A stretch of DNA of 64,000 bases from Candidatus Micrarchaeota archaeon (GCA_018819225.1 JAHJQN010000008.1:177421-241420); one strand, 5' to 3'; shown: positions 30,011 through 40,249, counted from the stretch's first letter. Program-made: numbers and translations. The notes: generated by a model not told the origin, from the letters alone.

Positions 30011-30667
30011 TCAGGCGAATAACGCCTCGTAAACCCGCTGGACTTCAAAACCCGACGTCAAGCTGCCCACCAATGCTCCCTTCGCATTCGCGACCACGCC
30101 CAAGGAAATAAACGGACTGCCCAAATTCGCGGTCCCGATTCCGGCAGGAACTTGAAAGAACCGTTCCAGCAGCTTCAATTCCTCCTCGGAGCTGTCGTTG
30201 TACGCCAGGATCCCGCGGTTCGTCACCACATGAATCGATCCCACGGTCGGCATGGGCGAGACTTGCTGTGAAAACACTTCTACATTTAATGCATCGGCAA
30301 TCGTCTTCTGATCTTCTTTCGGAAGTCGCGGATTCACCAATGCCGACTTATTGTTAACGAGCACGTTATTTCCGGGACAAAAACGTTCCGTGATCGTACA
30401 TACGTTCCACCCCGCCTGTTTCAATCGCTTCTTCTCTTCAGGCTCCGCGAACGAGGGCAGAACGCATCCCGTATCATTCAAACTCGCGAATATGCCGAGA
30501 ATGCTGGCTTGGTCCACGTACAACTCAAGCGTCTTCGTTCCCAGAACGCGTTCGACTTGCCGAACCAGTTTTTCAGGCGCGTTCTTCGGAACCAGCGTCA
30601 ACGTATCACACGAGCGCAAAAATAGTCCAATGAACGGATTCTTGTAAAAAGAGCCTTTCTCAATCAC
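30011..30667 (-). CDS. eif6: translation initiation factor 6 (aIF6)
   Basis: NPFIG, GNNVLVN, TVGS, GTANLGSPF, VANAKG...TSGFE; GTG start. Confidence 0.92.
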   Translation of the reverse strand: MIEKGSFYKNPFIGLFLRSCDTLTLVPKNAPEKLVRQVERVLGTKTLELYVDQASILGIFASLNDTGCVLPSFAEPEEKKRLKQAGWNVCTITERFCPGNNVLVNNKSALVNPRLPKEDQKTIADALNVEVFSQQVSPMPTVGSIHVVTNRGILAYNDSSEEELKLLERFFQVPAGIGTANLGSPFISLGVVANAKGALVGSLTSGFEVQRVYEALFA

Positions 30668-30684
30668 GCAAGACCGCCTCGAAT

Positions 30685-31143
30685 TCAGGCGGACTGCTCT
30701 GCGAGCACGACGCCTTCCTTGTCCTTAGTAGCGAGAATCTTGACTTTCTTCAACGGGCGTCCGCTTCCCCGAGCGCGGATTAAGTTGTTCAATGCCACGG
30801 CCACATGCACGTTCGGGCGATCGGCCTTCATGTGCCGAGACAAAAAATCTTTGAGCATTCGAATGGCCACGTTCGCGCGTTTCATTTGCGGCTTGGAATA
30901 CGCGTCTTTCAACGACACCGTGTAAATGCGCTCGAGAACCACTTCCCGCTTCTTTTCAGGCGGCTTGGCGTCCTTCTTTTCCTCTTTCTTCTCCGGTTTT
31001 TTGGCTTCCTTCCCATCCGTCTTTTTAGCGATTTCGGCGGATGGCGCGGCCGCGGGCTTGACCGCCTCTTCCTTTTCTTCGAACGCCTTCTTCTCCTGAA
31101 GCTCTATAAACTTCTCTTGTTTGGCACTCATTTCCTGCGGCAT
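30685..31143 (-). CDS. rpl31e: 50S ribosomal protein L31e with charged N-terminal extension
   Basis: ERIYTVSL...KRA..AI...FLSRHMK...LN..I.ARG. Confidence 0.9.
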   Translation of the reverse strand: MPQEMSAKQEKFIELQEKKAFEEKEEAVKPAAAPSAEIAKKTDGKEAKKPEKKEEKKDAKPPEKKREVVLERIYTVSLKDAYSKPQMKRANVAIRMLKDFLSRHMKADRPNVHVAVALNNLIRARGSGRPLKKVKILATKDKEGVVLAEQSA

Positions 31144-31145
31144 GA

Positions 31146-31310
31146 TTAGTCATCCTTCAACTTCAATTTTTTCGACAGCCAGTTACGCTGCAAACGGTTG
31201 AAACGCAATCGACGCTTGGTTTTCGCGACAACGAATAAAGGCATTCGCCGGTTTCTTCGCTGCGCCAACGCCAGTTGCTGTTTTCGCCGAGCCGTCTTGT
31301 TGGTTGCCAT
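31146..31310 (-). CDS. rpl39e: 50S ribosomal protein L39e, not in the ORF track
   Basis: manual translation MATNKTARRKQQLALAQRRNRRMPLFVVAKTKRRLRFNRLQRNWLSKKLKLKDD; conserved position before L31e. Confidence 0.92.
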   Translation of the reverse strand: MATNKTARRKQQLALAQRRNRRMPLFVVAKTKRRLRFNRLQRNWLSKKLKLKDD

Positions 31311-31316
31311 GAATCA

Positions 31317-31910
31317 TTACGCCTCGAATTCTTCGGGAGTCAGCGTAAACTCCTCGTCAGAAGCAATCTTCCCTTTCGCTTTCAAGAGTTCGCGCGTGAA
31401 AAGCCATAACAACAACGCAATCGCTTTACGTCCTTTGTTGTTCGTCGGAATAATCAAGTCCAAATATTTCGTCAAGTTGTTCGTATCGCACAAGGCGATG
31501 GCCGGCACATTAATCTCATACGCTTCTTTCACGGATTGCCGGTCCGATGCAGGGTCCACGACTAATACGATGGAGGGTTCAACAAAATCTTCGCGTGCCG
31601 GATTCGTGAACCGTCCCGGCGTGAAGCGTCCGATGAGAGGTTGAAAACCGACTTGCTCGCACATCTTGGTAATCGGTTTGCGCGCGTTATCCTTGTTGCT
31701 GATCACGTACACCTTGTCTTCAGGGTACTTCATCAACAAGTTGACGGCATGACGTAGGCGGGCATCCATTTTCTTTAGATCCAGCACATGCAAACCGTCT
31801 TCCCGCGCTTTGTAAATAAACTGGCGCATGCTCCCCGATTTATTCCGCGTTCCAATGTGCACTCCGGCTCCCAGATACTTTTCCTGGGGAACCAGCATCT
31901 CAAAGACCAT
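31317..31910 (-). CDS. rps2: 30S ribosomal protein S2
   Basis: YLGAGVHIGT, GRFTPG.FTNP, ALCDTNN, IPTNNKG. Confidence 0.96.
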   Translation of the reverse strand: MVFEMLVPQEKYLGAGVHIGTRNKSGSMRQFIYKAREDGLHVLDLKKMDARLRHAVNLLMKYPEDKVYVISNKDNARKPITKMCEQVGFQPLIGRFTPGRFTNPAREDFVEPSIVLVVDPASDRQSVKEAYEINVPAIALCDTNNLTKYLDLIIPTNNKGRKAIALLLWLFTRELLKAKGKIASDEEFTLTPEEFEA

Positions 31911-32047
31911 ACGGCCACCGTTTAAGCTTAAAGCGTCTAAGCCCTAAGAATGAGGAGCATCAGACCCTAGTTAGAACTCCTTTTTAAAACCTTAGGAGAA
32001 TATAGAGAATTACATTTAAAAAGCTCTGGTTGAGGAGGGGAACACCC

Positions 32048-32581
32048 ATGGAGCAAGCCGAAGCCCAAGTGGAAGCGCCCGAAACGCCGACACCGACTGC
32101 CACCGATTTACCAAAAAAACGGGTGCTGGAAGCCGCGTTATTTCTCGCGAACCGACCCATGCGCTTGGATGAATTATGCGCCGTAAGTCAGTGTACTCCC
32201 GATGAAGCCGAAGGACTGGTGGCGGAATTATCGGAAGAATTCGAACAACACGGCAGCGCACTGAAAATTACTAAAATGGAGGATCCCCAGCGTCTCGTCG
32301 GCACCGAGTTTCGCATGGAACTCCGGGAGGAATACGTGCCCGCCGTCTCCACGCTCTCCGAAAACGTGGAACTGCCGAAAAAAGCGGTTCGCATTCTAGG
32401 CTTGATTGCCAAGAAAAAGAAGATGCTGCAAAGCGAGTTGAAATATTATTTCAAGGGGGATGTGTACGATTACGTGGACGAGTTAGTGCGGCAAGGATTC
32501 ATCACGTCCAAGAAGTTCAAGACCACGAAGGAACTCAAACCCACGCCCAAGTTCTTCGAACACTTCCAGAGCTTCCAGTGA
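32048..32581 (+). CDS. scpB: SMC-Scp complex subunit ScpB
   Basis: LEAALF...PM...L winged helix, second wHTH ending TPKFFEHF. Confidence 0.85.
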   Translation: MEQAEAQVEAPETPTPTATDLPKKRVLEAALFLANRPMRLDELCAVSQCTPDEAEGLVAELSEEFEQHGSALKITKMEDPQRLVGTEFRMELREEYVPAVSTLSENVELPKKAVRILGLIAKKKKMLQSELKYYFKGDVYDYVDELVRQGFITSKKFKTTKELKPTPKFFEHFQSFQ

Positions 32582-32968
32582 GGGACGTGCCTAAGAACCA
32601 ACCGATGCGTCTCAACGAGAAGGAGAGCAACTCGGTCGGCTGATTCGAACGCATGGATGGGACTATATTCACCATGGATTTAACGTTCCTAAAGTGAGCG
32701 GAACGTTCGAAACACCGGAGATCGCGATACGAGTCTTTATGGATACCTAACCCCGTCACTCCGAAGCCGCTCGGCCAAAAAAACTCATCGAAAAAAATGG
32801 AACGCGTGCTGCGAAACGTGAAATGGAGAAACGGAAACCATCCGATCCAAATTCACATGCCGATTGAAAAGGAAATAGTTTTGAAGGCAACCACCCGCGA
32901 ATCGGATGCGACTTGCCGCCGTGAAAAAATGGCATCCGCGCAAAGAAAATAGGTTCGAAAAAACGGAT

Positions 32969-33829
32969 TCAGATCTCGATGCCCGAAGCCTGCAAGATCT
33001 GCAAATCCTCTAACGAAATCTTTCGACCGGCCCTGAACTCGTCGTAAATCTTTCGCGCCTGTTCATCCAACGTCAGCTTCTGCTCCGATTCCTGTTTCCG
33101 GCGAGTGGCTTCCGCGGTCCGACGACTCTCCTGAGTCTCCTCATCCAGTTCTTGCTTGGTGCTGCGAAGCTTCGCGAAAACTTCATCCGCCTCCTTGCTC
33201 TTCTCACCAATAATCGATAAGTAATCCGTTATTTGCGCTTTGACTTCATCGGATTTCGCGTAAATCGAAAGCATTTTCTTATGCATTTCGTCGCTTTCCT
33301 TGCGCGCCAAATCCAAGGTTTTATCCAAGGCCCGGAACTCCAGACTTAAATCATGACGTTCCTTGCGCAGCGTGCGAAGATCCTGATACAAGGGATCCCT
33401 CTTTTGAACCTTCTTCAATTCTTTCAAGAGCCGGTTGATTTCTTGAGAGAGGGCTTTCTCATCCCTCGGACTCAACGACTCGGTTTGAAGCTGCCACTCG
33501 AGTTGCTGAATCGTGCGTCTCAATTGGGAAGCGCTGTAACGGCTTTCTTGGGGGAGCGCCTGCAATTGCGCTTCCTTTTCCTTTAACCGCCTATCCACAT
33601 CGCGTGAAATCGCGACGAGCTGGCGGCGTTTATCCACCTGATCTTTAACTTGCCCGTTGAGCACGTCGCGCTGGTGCTTGGTTTCGTTTGCTCTCGCCAT
33701 GAGTTCACGGAACCGCACGATGTTCTGCTGGTTCGTATCCGCGAGTTTCCGGACTTCCTGATTCATTTGTGTGCCTTCCTGACGCAGATCCAAGGCCTGT
33801 TTTTGCAAGTCAGTCATAAGCCCATCCAA
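32969..33829 (-). CDS. archaeal coiled-coil protein (COG1340-like)
   Basis: long coiled coil, LEWQLQT..L...EK, C-terminal IYDEFRAGRKISLEDLQILQ. Confidence 0.8.
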   Translation of the reverse strand: MDGLMTDLQKQALDLRQEGTQMNQEVRKLADTNQQNIVRFRELMARANETKHQRDVLNGQVKDQVDKRRQLVAISRDVDRRLKEKEAQLQALPQESRYSASQLRRTIQQLEWQLQTESLSPRDEKALSQEINRLLKELKKVQKRDPLYQDLRTLRKERHDLSLEFRALDKTLDLARKESDEMHKKMLSIYAKSDEVKAQITDYLSIIGEKSKEADEVFAKLRSTKQELDEETQESRRTAEATRRKQESEQKLTLDEQARKIYDEFRAGRKISLEDLQILQASGIEI

Positions 33830-33841
33830 TTAATAAGACAT

Positions 33842-34279
33842 TTAAAGAGTCGAAGATGCCGAAGGCGTTTCCAGCTCGATCTCCGTGATGATTTCGTCCA
33901 ATTCCGCCCGCTGTTTCTCAAGCACTTTTTTAATGCGGTGAACCCGTTTCTGGCTCAACGCGATCTCGCGATATTTACGCGATGCTTTGTTGAAATGTTC
34001 AATCGAAAGCGTATTGTACGGTTCGGCATCCATCGTCTTCGATATGTCCCTGAGAATCTCGCCCATCAACTTGTTCGCCGTAATCTTGACGTCCTTCTTG
34101 ATCTGATGAGGATTTTTTAAATTTTCTCGAATGATTTTAACGACGCGCGCGTTCGGAAATGCCAGATGCAACGCCTCCTCTTCCGCCTCATCCACGTCTT
34201 CTTCTACCACGTTTTCAGCAGGCGGCGTTTCGTCTGAAACCTGCTCTTCAGAAACAGTAGGTTGTTCGGTTTCCACCAT
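33842..34279 (-). CDS. histone-fold protein with acidic N-tail and C-terminal coiled coil
   Basis: FPNARVVKIIR...DVKITANKLMGEILRDIS...TLSIEHF aligns by eye with HMf-type LP.AP..RII...DARI.LAK.LEE..RDIA...TI..ED. Confidence 0.65.
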   Translation of the reverse strand: MVETEQPTVSEEQVSDETPPAENVVEEDVDEAEEEALHLAFPNARVVKIIRENLKNPHQIKKDVKITANKLMGEILRDISKTMDAEPYNTLSIEHFNKASRKYREIALSQKRVHRIKKVLEKQRAELDEIITEIELETPSASSTL

Positions 34280-34367
34280 AAGATCACCTAGAAGATAAGA
34301 ATAATCAGGTGGAAGAATAGCTGTGTTTAAGTTTAAAAGCCTAGTCCCGGCCGGAAGAACCAGAAGG

Positions 34368-35654
34368 CTAGGCCACGATCCGCGCGATCACCCGCATTTT
34401 TCCGGATAATACTCCATGCGCATATTCCCGTTTTTTCTCGAACGCCGCTTGTTTCAACCACTCGAACACATTCCCCTGAAACATCGCGCCCTTGATGCCT
34501 TCCGTCGGTTCCCCGTTTCGAATCCGGAAGGCCACCAGCAAAGGAAATGCGAAATCCCCGGTAACCGTATTCGCGCCACTGGTCAAGAACGAGTTCACGT
34601 AGACTCCATCGCGTACATCGTCTAGGGCATTGGATAGATGCCCCCCTTCCACCGTCATATGAGTCCACGAGGGCTTCGGAGCCGCTTCAAAAGACGATCG
34701 ATAACCATTCCCCGCCGTTTCCCCGATTTTAGCCGCCGTCGCCCCGTCAAACAAAAACGATTGCACGCGCCCCTTTCTCACCAGCGTTTTCCGTTTGGCC
34801 ATCACGCCCTCATCATCATACACGCACGCATTCTCACCTTCCTTCAGCCGGGGGTCATCCACCAACGAAATGGACTCGCTAAACGCGCCATCTCCTTTCT
34901 TCCAATGACTCAGCCCCTTTCGAAACGATTCGCCGCTGAAATGAAACGGAAGAAACAACGAAAAAAGGGATTCGAGGGCCCGCACATCGAATACGAACGG
35001 CAAGGTTCCGCCCCTCATTTTTTTTGCCCCCGACATGCGCTCCGCGTGCGAAGCCGCGTTCGCGGCAACCCGATCCGTGGAAAAAGACAAGCGACTCGAA
35101 GAAAAACTGTCATCGGCTTCACTGCCCGCCTGACTGCAATGCGAAAACGCGTAGAACCGTGAAAATTTCTGTTGAATGGAAAGCCCGTCCGTATTCCACA
35201 AGGACTGTTGAATAACGCGGGTACCGAACGCGGTTTGAATGGGCGTGGCATGCATCGCGATCACGCGATCCCGCATGGATTCCACGCGTTGCATGTAATC
35301 CGCCTCGGACAACTGATTAACCCGCGCATCAAAAAACGCCTGCGACCGCGCGCGCGCCTTTCCCGCAAAATAGTAATCAGCGGGTTCTTGTTTCTCCGCC
35401 AGCCTGGAAGCCATTCGAACCGCGTCCTCCACATCCGACTCGCGTTCAAATGCCGCAAACCCCATGCGTCGACCCTTCAAAACTCGCACACCGTAACCCC
35501 GACTTCTCACATGCTCGCGATTCTCGACCGCGGTTCCATTCGCGGTGAACGCGGTGTGTTGACTCGATTCCTCGAAGACCTCCAACGAAGCCCTCATTTT
35601 TTTGGCTAATTTCACAAGCCATGATTCGGAAATCATAAGAGTCGCCGGCAGCAT
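34368..35654 (-). CDS. TldD/PmbA-family protein (PmbA/TldE-like)
   Basis: GYGVRV...RMGFA, DDP, DDEG, GNGYR, GAN.VTGDF. Confidence 0.88.
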   Translation of the reverse strand: MLPATLMISESWLVKLAKKMRASLEVFEESSQHTAFTANGTAVENREHVRSRGYGVRVLKGRRMGFAAFERESDVEDAVRMASRLAEKQEPADYYFAGKARARSQAFFDARVNQLSEADYMQRVESMRDRVIAMHATPIQTAFGTRVIQQSLWNTDGLSIQQKFSRFYAFSHCSQAGSEADDSFSSSRLSFSTDRVAANAASHAERMSGAKKMRGGTLPFVFDVRALESLFSLFLPFHFSGESFRKGLSHWKKGDGAFSESISLVDDPRLKEGENACVYDDEGVMAKRKTLVRKGRVQSFLFDGATAAKIGETAGNGYRSSFEAAPKPSWTHMTVEGGHLSNALDDVRDGVYVNSFLTSGANTVTGDFAFPLLVAFRIRNGEPTEGIKGAMFQGNVFEWLKQAAFEKKREYAHGVLSGKMRVIARIVA

Positions 35655-35708
35655 ATCAGCCCACTGCTTTTAAATCGTTCCGGACCCAAAAAGGAGTTTG
35701 CAATACTC

Positions 35709-36458
35709 ATGAGCTTTCTAGAAGTCAAAAATGTTTCGAAAACCTTTGAAGAAGAAGGTCGGAAGTATACCGTACTCGGTAACATCTCGTTCAGCGTGGA
35801 AAAAGACGAGTTTATCGCCATCGTCGGCCCATCCGGATGCGGTAAAAGTATTTTGCTGCGCATCCTTTCCGGTATCGACCTCCCATCCTCGGGACAAGTC
35901 TTGTTCGAAAACGAGCCCATTGAAACCAGCAATCCGCGTGTCGCCACCATTTTCCAGAACTTTGCCTTGCTGCCCTGGATGACCGTCGAAGAAAACGTGG
36001 AACTCGGATTATACGCGCAAAAAATGCCTTCGGATAAACGCAAGATCACGGTTGAAAAATTCATTAACATCGTGGGATTGGACGGCGTTGAAAACGCGTA
36101 TCCCCGCGAGCTTTCCGGAGGAATGAAACAGCGGGTCGGTATTGCGCGGGCACTGGCCGTTGATCCCGCGCTCATCGTGATGGACGAACCCTTCAGCAGC
36201 CTGGACAGTTTGACGGCCACCAACTTGCGTGAAGAATTATTGCTGCTCTTGCAAGACCAATCCCTTCCACCGGACTCACTCGTCATGGTCACGCACAACA
36301 TCGAGGAAGCCGTTTACATGGCGGATCGCATTATCGTATTGTCCAATCCGCCGGCACGTATCATTGCCCAACTGAAAATCTCGCTTCCCCGACCCCGCGA
36401 CATGAAAAGCGAGGCCTTCGTAAACGACGTGGACAAAGTCTATTCATTGATGACGTGA
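35709..36458 (+). CDS. NitT/TauT-family ABC transporter ATP-binding protein
   Basis: GPSGCGKS, FQNFALLPW, YPRELSGGMKQR, MDEPFS.LD, VTHNIEEA. Confidence 0.92.
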   Translation: MSFLEVKNVSKTFEEEGRKYTVLGNISFSVEKDEFIAIVGPSGCGKSILLRILSGIDLPSSGQVLFENEPIETSNPRVATIFQNFALLPWMTVEENVELGLYAQKMPSDKRKITVEKFINIVGLDGVENAYPRELSGGMKQRVGIARALAVDPALIVMDEPFSSLDSLTATNLREELLLLLQDQSLPPDSLVMVTHNIEEAVYMADRIIVLSNPPARIIAQLKISLPRPRDMKSEAFVNDVDKVYSLMT

Positions 36459-36564
36459 TTCGATTGAAACCGACATTAACCAAAGGATTAAAAATACGGT
36501 TTTTCTTAAAAGGGCGCACGGGAGGCGAAACCGACGCTCCACAGCGGGATGGGTCGAAGAAGAA

Positions 36565-37038
36565 ATGAGCTTACAATTACCTGGAGCCAACATGTCGAAA
36601 GTCATCGGATTACTCGAAGTCGTTAATGACGAAGGCGGCGAATGCGAAACCGTTGAGCTCGCCAACGACCTTCGACTCGACGCCGAAAGCCTGTTACCGG
36701 TAACGGATGCCGCCGAATTACTGGGGTTCATCACCATTTCCGGAGGACGCATGACGCTGACACCGGCCGGCAAGAAAGCCATAACGGGAACGATTCTCCA
36801 ACGCCGTGAGTCCGTCAAACAACGCTTGATGACGCTTCCCACGATCAAAAAAGTGCTAGATCTTATTCAAGCCAAAAAGAATAAACGGTTACCCAAGCGC
36901 GCGCTCGCGCGCGTCTTATCCGCGGAAATGCCGCGAAGTCAAGTGGAAAGTAACATCAAGCGACTCATCAACTGGGGCCGCCACTCCGGACTCATCGGTT
37001 TCAATGCGGACACCGACGAGTTATTCATCATATCCTGA
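36565..37038 (+). CDS. stand-alone AAA-associated C-terminal domain protein of NitT/TauT ATPases
   Basis: IGLLE, LLP..DAAELLGF, LT..G, INWGR..LI.F motifs. Confidence 0.75.
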   Translation: MSLQLPGANMSKVIGLLEVVNDEGGECETVELANDLRLDAESLLPVTDAAELLGFITISGGRMTLTPAGKKAITGTILQRRESVKQRLMTLPTIKKVLDLIQAKKNKRLPKRALARVLSAEMPRSQVESNIKRLINWGRHSGLIGFNADTDELFIIS

Positions 37039-37057
37039 TGGCGAGGTGTATGAAGGT

Positions 37058-37525
37058 ATGGAACGGACGTTAGTTATTCTCAAACCCGACGCGCTCCACC
37101 GCGGGGTGATTGGTGCGGTCATCCAGCGTTTCGAACAAAAAGGATTGAAGATCGTCGGCTTGAAAATGGAGAAACTCGACGAAAAAACGCTTTCCGAGCA
37201 TTACGGACACTTGAAGGACAAGCCGTTCTTCCCGCGCATCGTATCGTTCATGAAAAGCGCGCCCGTGGTCTTGGTCGCCATCGAAGGACTGGAAGCCGTA
37301 GGGATCGTGCGAAAAATGTGCGGAGTCACGAACGCGCGAAACGCCGCCATCGGAACGATTCGAGGCGACTTTGGAATGAGCGTTCAAGCGAACATCGTGC
37401 ACGCCAGTGACAGCCTCGAGACCGCTCAAAAAGAAGTCAAACGATTCTTCAAGAACTCCGAATTATTCGAATACAAAAAAATGGATTTCGGACACGTATA
37501 TGCGGAGGACGAGCAAACGAAATGA
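37058..37525 (+). CDS. ndk: nucleoside diphosphate kinase
   Basis: MERTLVILKPD, GTIRGDF, NIVHASDS; true start ATG 37058. Confidence 0.97.
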   Translation: MERTLVILKPDALHRGVIGAVIQRFEQKGLKIVGLKMEKLDEKTLSEHYGHLKDKPFFPRIVSFMKSAPVVLVAIEGLEAVGIVRKMCGVTNARNAAIGTIRGDFGMSVQANIVHASDSLETAQKEVKRFFKNSELFEYKKMDFGHVYAEDEQTK

Positions 37526-38964
37526 GTCTCGAACGCGTTTGGAAACAACGCCTAACCCAATCCGTAGATCCGTGTCTCAAACGCCTCAGGAAACGACACG
37601 CATTTGCCGGATTCGTTACCAACGTCGACAACGTCTGTTATTGCCAGCCCGAAAACCTGGAACCCCTTTTCTCCCAAGCCAACATGGAAAAGGTCAACCA
37701 GTTGAAACGACGAGCCGACCAACTCGAAATCCGCGGTCTCGAAGAATTTCTGGCCGGCTATTTGTTTTGCTTCGGGAACGGAAAAGCCCTCGAACTCCCT
37801 TTTTTCGATCCCGCTTTCGGCGAATGGCTCGATAAAACGTTTCAAGTAGAAGAAGCGCGCATGGGCGGACAAGCCGGAATCATCGCCAACCAAATCGCGG
37901 AACTTGGCGGACACGTCGTATGCTATTGCACATTACTATCGCCCGTTCAAGCCAAGCTCTTTCATCCGCAACGCGTGTCCTTTCCAATCGAACGCAACGG
38001 GAAACTCCAGTTGTTGCAGCCCATTCAAGCAGCGAATATATCGGACCGAACGAAAATCAACTGGATATTCGAGTTCCACAAAGGAGATGTCATCCACGTC
38101 AACGGAAAAAAGATTGCGGCGCCTCGCGACAATCGCTTCATCGTGCTCTCCAAACTCATCAAAACCCAGCCCTTGTTCCCGCCATCCCTGGATGCCCATC
38201 TTCCAGAACTGGCGCAGCACTTCGATCGCGCCATGATCGCCGGATTCCATCACTTGCACGCATCCGAAAAAGGAAAGGGGTACTCGTTCTACTTGGACGT
38301 GCTATGCAAACAATTGGAACGTATCAAAACGGCCAATCCGTCGTTGAAACTCCACGTGGAATACGTCATGATTCACGATCCCGGACTCGAAAAAGAGGTG
38401 TACGAACGCGTCGGGTATTACGCGGACAGCCTCGGAATCAACGAGGTCGAAACGCCCCACTTGCTGGAACGATTAGGGTACACGCATCTCGCGCGCAACA
38501 TTCGAACGCAAGATAATGCCATTCATTTATACGAAGGAGCCGTCAAACTCTGCGAAAAATATGAATTCGAACGCGTCCATATCCACTCACTCGGATTCTT
38601 TCTGTTGCTATTACACAAAAAAGCATGCGATGCCTCCCGCCTGAAAGACTACCGCCATTCGTTACTTTTTGCTTCCTTGACTGCCGAAGCGCGAGCGGCT
38701 CTGGGAAAACCCCCGACTCCCGCCGATATAAAGAAACGAAACCCCGGAGTATCCCCGATCGGAATGCAGCAAATGAGATTATTCGCAGCAGAAGCCAAGA
38801 AACGCTATCCGGATTTCAACGAAAACCAATTCTTGGAAGAAGGCACTGCGGAATTCGGTCAACACTTCCTAATCATGGTTCCCACCGCCGTGGCTCAGAA
38901 ACCGAAAAGCACGGTCGGGCTCGGGGATACGATCAGTAGCAGCGCGTTATTAAGTGAGCCGTGA
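37522..38964 (+). CDS. ADP-dependent glucokinase/phosphofructokinase
   Basis: NVD, RMGGQAGIIAN, INWIFEF, NRFI, SLGINEVE, STVGLGDTISS. Confidence 0.92.
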   Translation: MSLERVWKQRLTQSVDPCLKRLRKRHAFAGFVTNVDNVCYCQPENLEPLFSQANMEKVNQLKRRADQLEIRGLEEFLAGYLFCFGNGKALELPFFDPAFGEWLDKTFQVEEARMGGQAGIIANQIAELGGHVVCYCTLLSPVQAKLFHPQRVSFPIERNGKLQLLQPIQAANISDRTKINWIFEFHKGDVIHVNGKKIAAPRDNRFIVLSKLIKTQPLFPPSLDAHLPELAQHFDRAMIAGFHHLHASEKGKGYSFYLDVLCKQLERIKTANPSLKLHVEYVMIHDPGLEKEVYERVGYYADSLGINEVETPHLLERLGYTHLARNIRTQDNAIHLYEGAVKLCEKYEFERVHIHSLGFFLLLLHKKACDASRLKDYRHSLLFASLTAEARAALGKPPTPADIKKRNPGVSPIGMQQMRLFAAEAKKRYPDFNENQFLEEGTAEFGQHFLIMVPTAVAQKPKSTVGLGDTISSSALLSEP

Positions 38965-39066
38965 ACGCACGTATTTCATGCCCATGGGTTTACGATATCT
39001 TTCCGCACCCAACACGGAAATTGAAGTGAGCATAACGATTTCAAATCCAAGAAACCAGTGGAAAAG

Positions 39067-39408
39067 CTAAAGTAGTTTCAACGTGCCGGTAACCGCGTCC
39101 ACTTTCTTTTCTTCGGCCGGTCCGATCGCAAGCGCCGTAACGGTTCCCGCAGGAATCTGCGTATGACCCGCATCCCGAATTAACGAAACCGGCAGCTTCA
39201 GGCGCTTGGCCTGATTAACAAGACTCGTCAACGCGGATTCGCTGTTCACTTTTAACACGATTTTCTCTTCGCCAATTAATTCCCAAGCCCTGCGGGCGAC
39301 CGCGTTTGATTTTCGATAAGCCGATAGACTGGCATGAGCGGCCTGCGCGGCCAACTTGCCTTTCCCCATCCCCAAATCCGATCGCAACACAATGGCTTGT
39401 TTAAACAT
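39067..39408 (-). CDS. pth2: peptidyl-tRNA hydrolase Pth2
   Basis: KQAIV.R.DL.MGKGK.AAQAAHA, KIVLK, DAGHTQI..GT.T...GP. Confidence 0.95.
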   Translation of the reverse strand: MFKQAIVLRSDLGMGKGKLAAQAAHASLSAYRKSNAVARRAWELIGEEKIVLKVNSESALTSLVNQAKRLKLPVSLIRDAGHTQIPAGTVTALAIGPAEEKKVDAVTGTLKLL

Positions 39409-39409
39409 C

Positions 39410-40153
39410 TCAGGCCCCCCTCACGAAGTTTAACGCGTCCTCTTCCGTCATCTTCACTCCACGACGCTTGAAGAACTTCAGGATGTTTCGCACATCCTTC
39501 AAGAAAAAGCCTTCCGATCCTTCATGCGATAGCAAAACGGACTGCCCCACATCCAAAAGATACGGATGATTCTCGTGCACCACGATGTTGTACTCGCTCA
39601 AGTCCGCATGCACCAAACCGGCTTCCCTCATTTTTTTCACATCCTCAAGTAGTTCATTCAACATACGTTGAGGATCATCCATCCACACATCCTTCAACGA
39701 CGCGGAAGGAATCCCGCCGACACCCAACCACTCCATTATCACGACATTCTCTTTGAATGCAATGGGTCGCGGCGATCTCACGCCATGTCGAATGCACAAC
39801 GATAGATTCGCAAACTCTTTTCGAGCCCACGTGCGCACCGCCGACCGCAAACCTTTCGGAACCTTAAACCGCGGGTCCCCTTGAACGTATTGCATGCGCT
39901 TTCGAAACGAAGCCGTCTCGTACTTAAAAATCTTGACGGCCGCGTAACCAGTGGGCGTCGTGGCCCGGAACACCATGGCTTCCTTCCCCTGCGCGATCGG
40001 AAAATCAAGAGACGTGATGCGTTTATTGCTCAGAAAATAGTGGAGCACCGTCATCGTTTGGTCGTCAAACACCTTATTCGATATCTTCATGCGCGATCGA
40101 ATCGGCTTGAGCTCCCGGGCCGGTCGCTTGCGTGTCGACAACTTCCGAGCCAT
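39410..40153 (-). CDS. rio1: RIO1-family serine kinase
   Basis: GKEA.VF, AVKIFK, WARKEFANL, LVHADLSEYNI, DVGQSV; ATG 40153. Confidence 0.92.
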   Translation of the reverse strand: MARKLSTRKRPARELKPIRSRMKISNKVFDDQTMTVLHYFLSNKRITSLDFPIAQGKEAMVFRATTPTGYAAVKIFKYETASFRKRMQYVQGDPRFKVPKGLRSAVRTWARKEFANLSLCIRHGVRSPRPIAFKENVVIMEWLGVGGIPSASLKDVWMDDPQRMLNELLEDVKKMREAGLVHADLSEYNIVVHENHPYLLDVGQSVLLSHEGSEGFFLKDVRNILKFFKRRGVKMTEEDALNFVRGA

Positions 40154-40249
40154 GAAACCGTATGGGTTACCGGATATTAATACCCCGTTGCACGACGACC
40201 AAAGGTATTTAATGTTGCGGCCACCCCGAATGAATATAGGTGCACGAAG

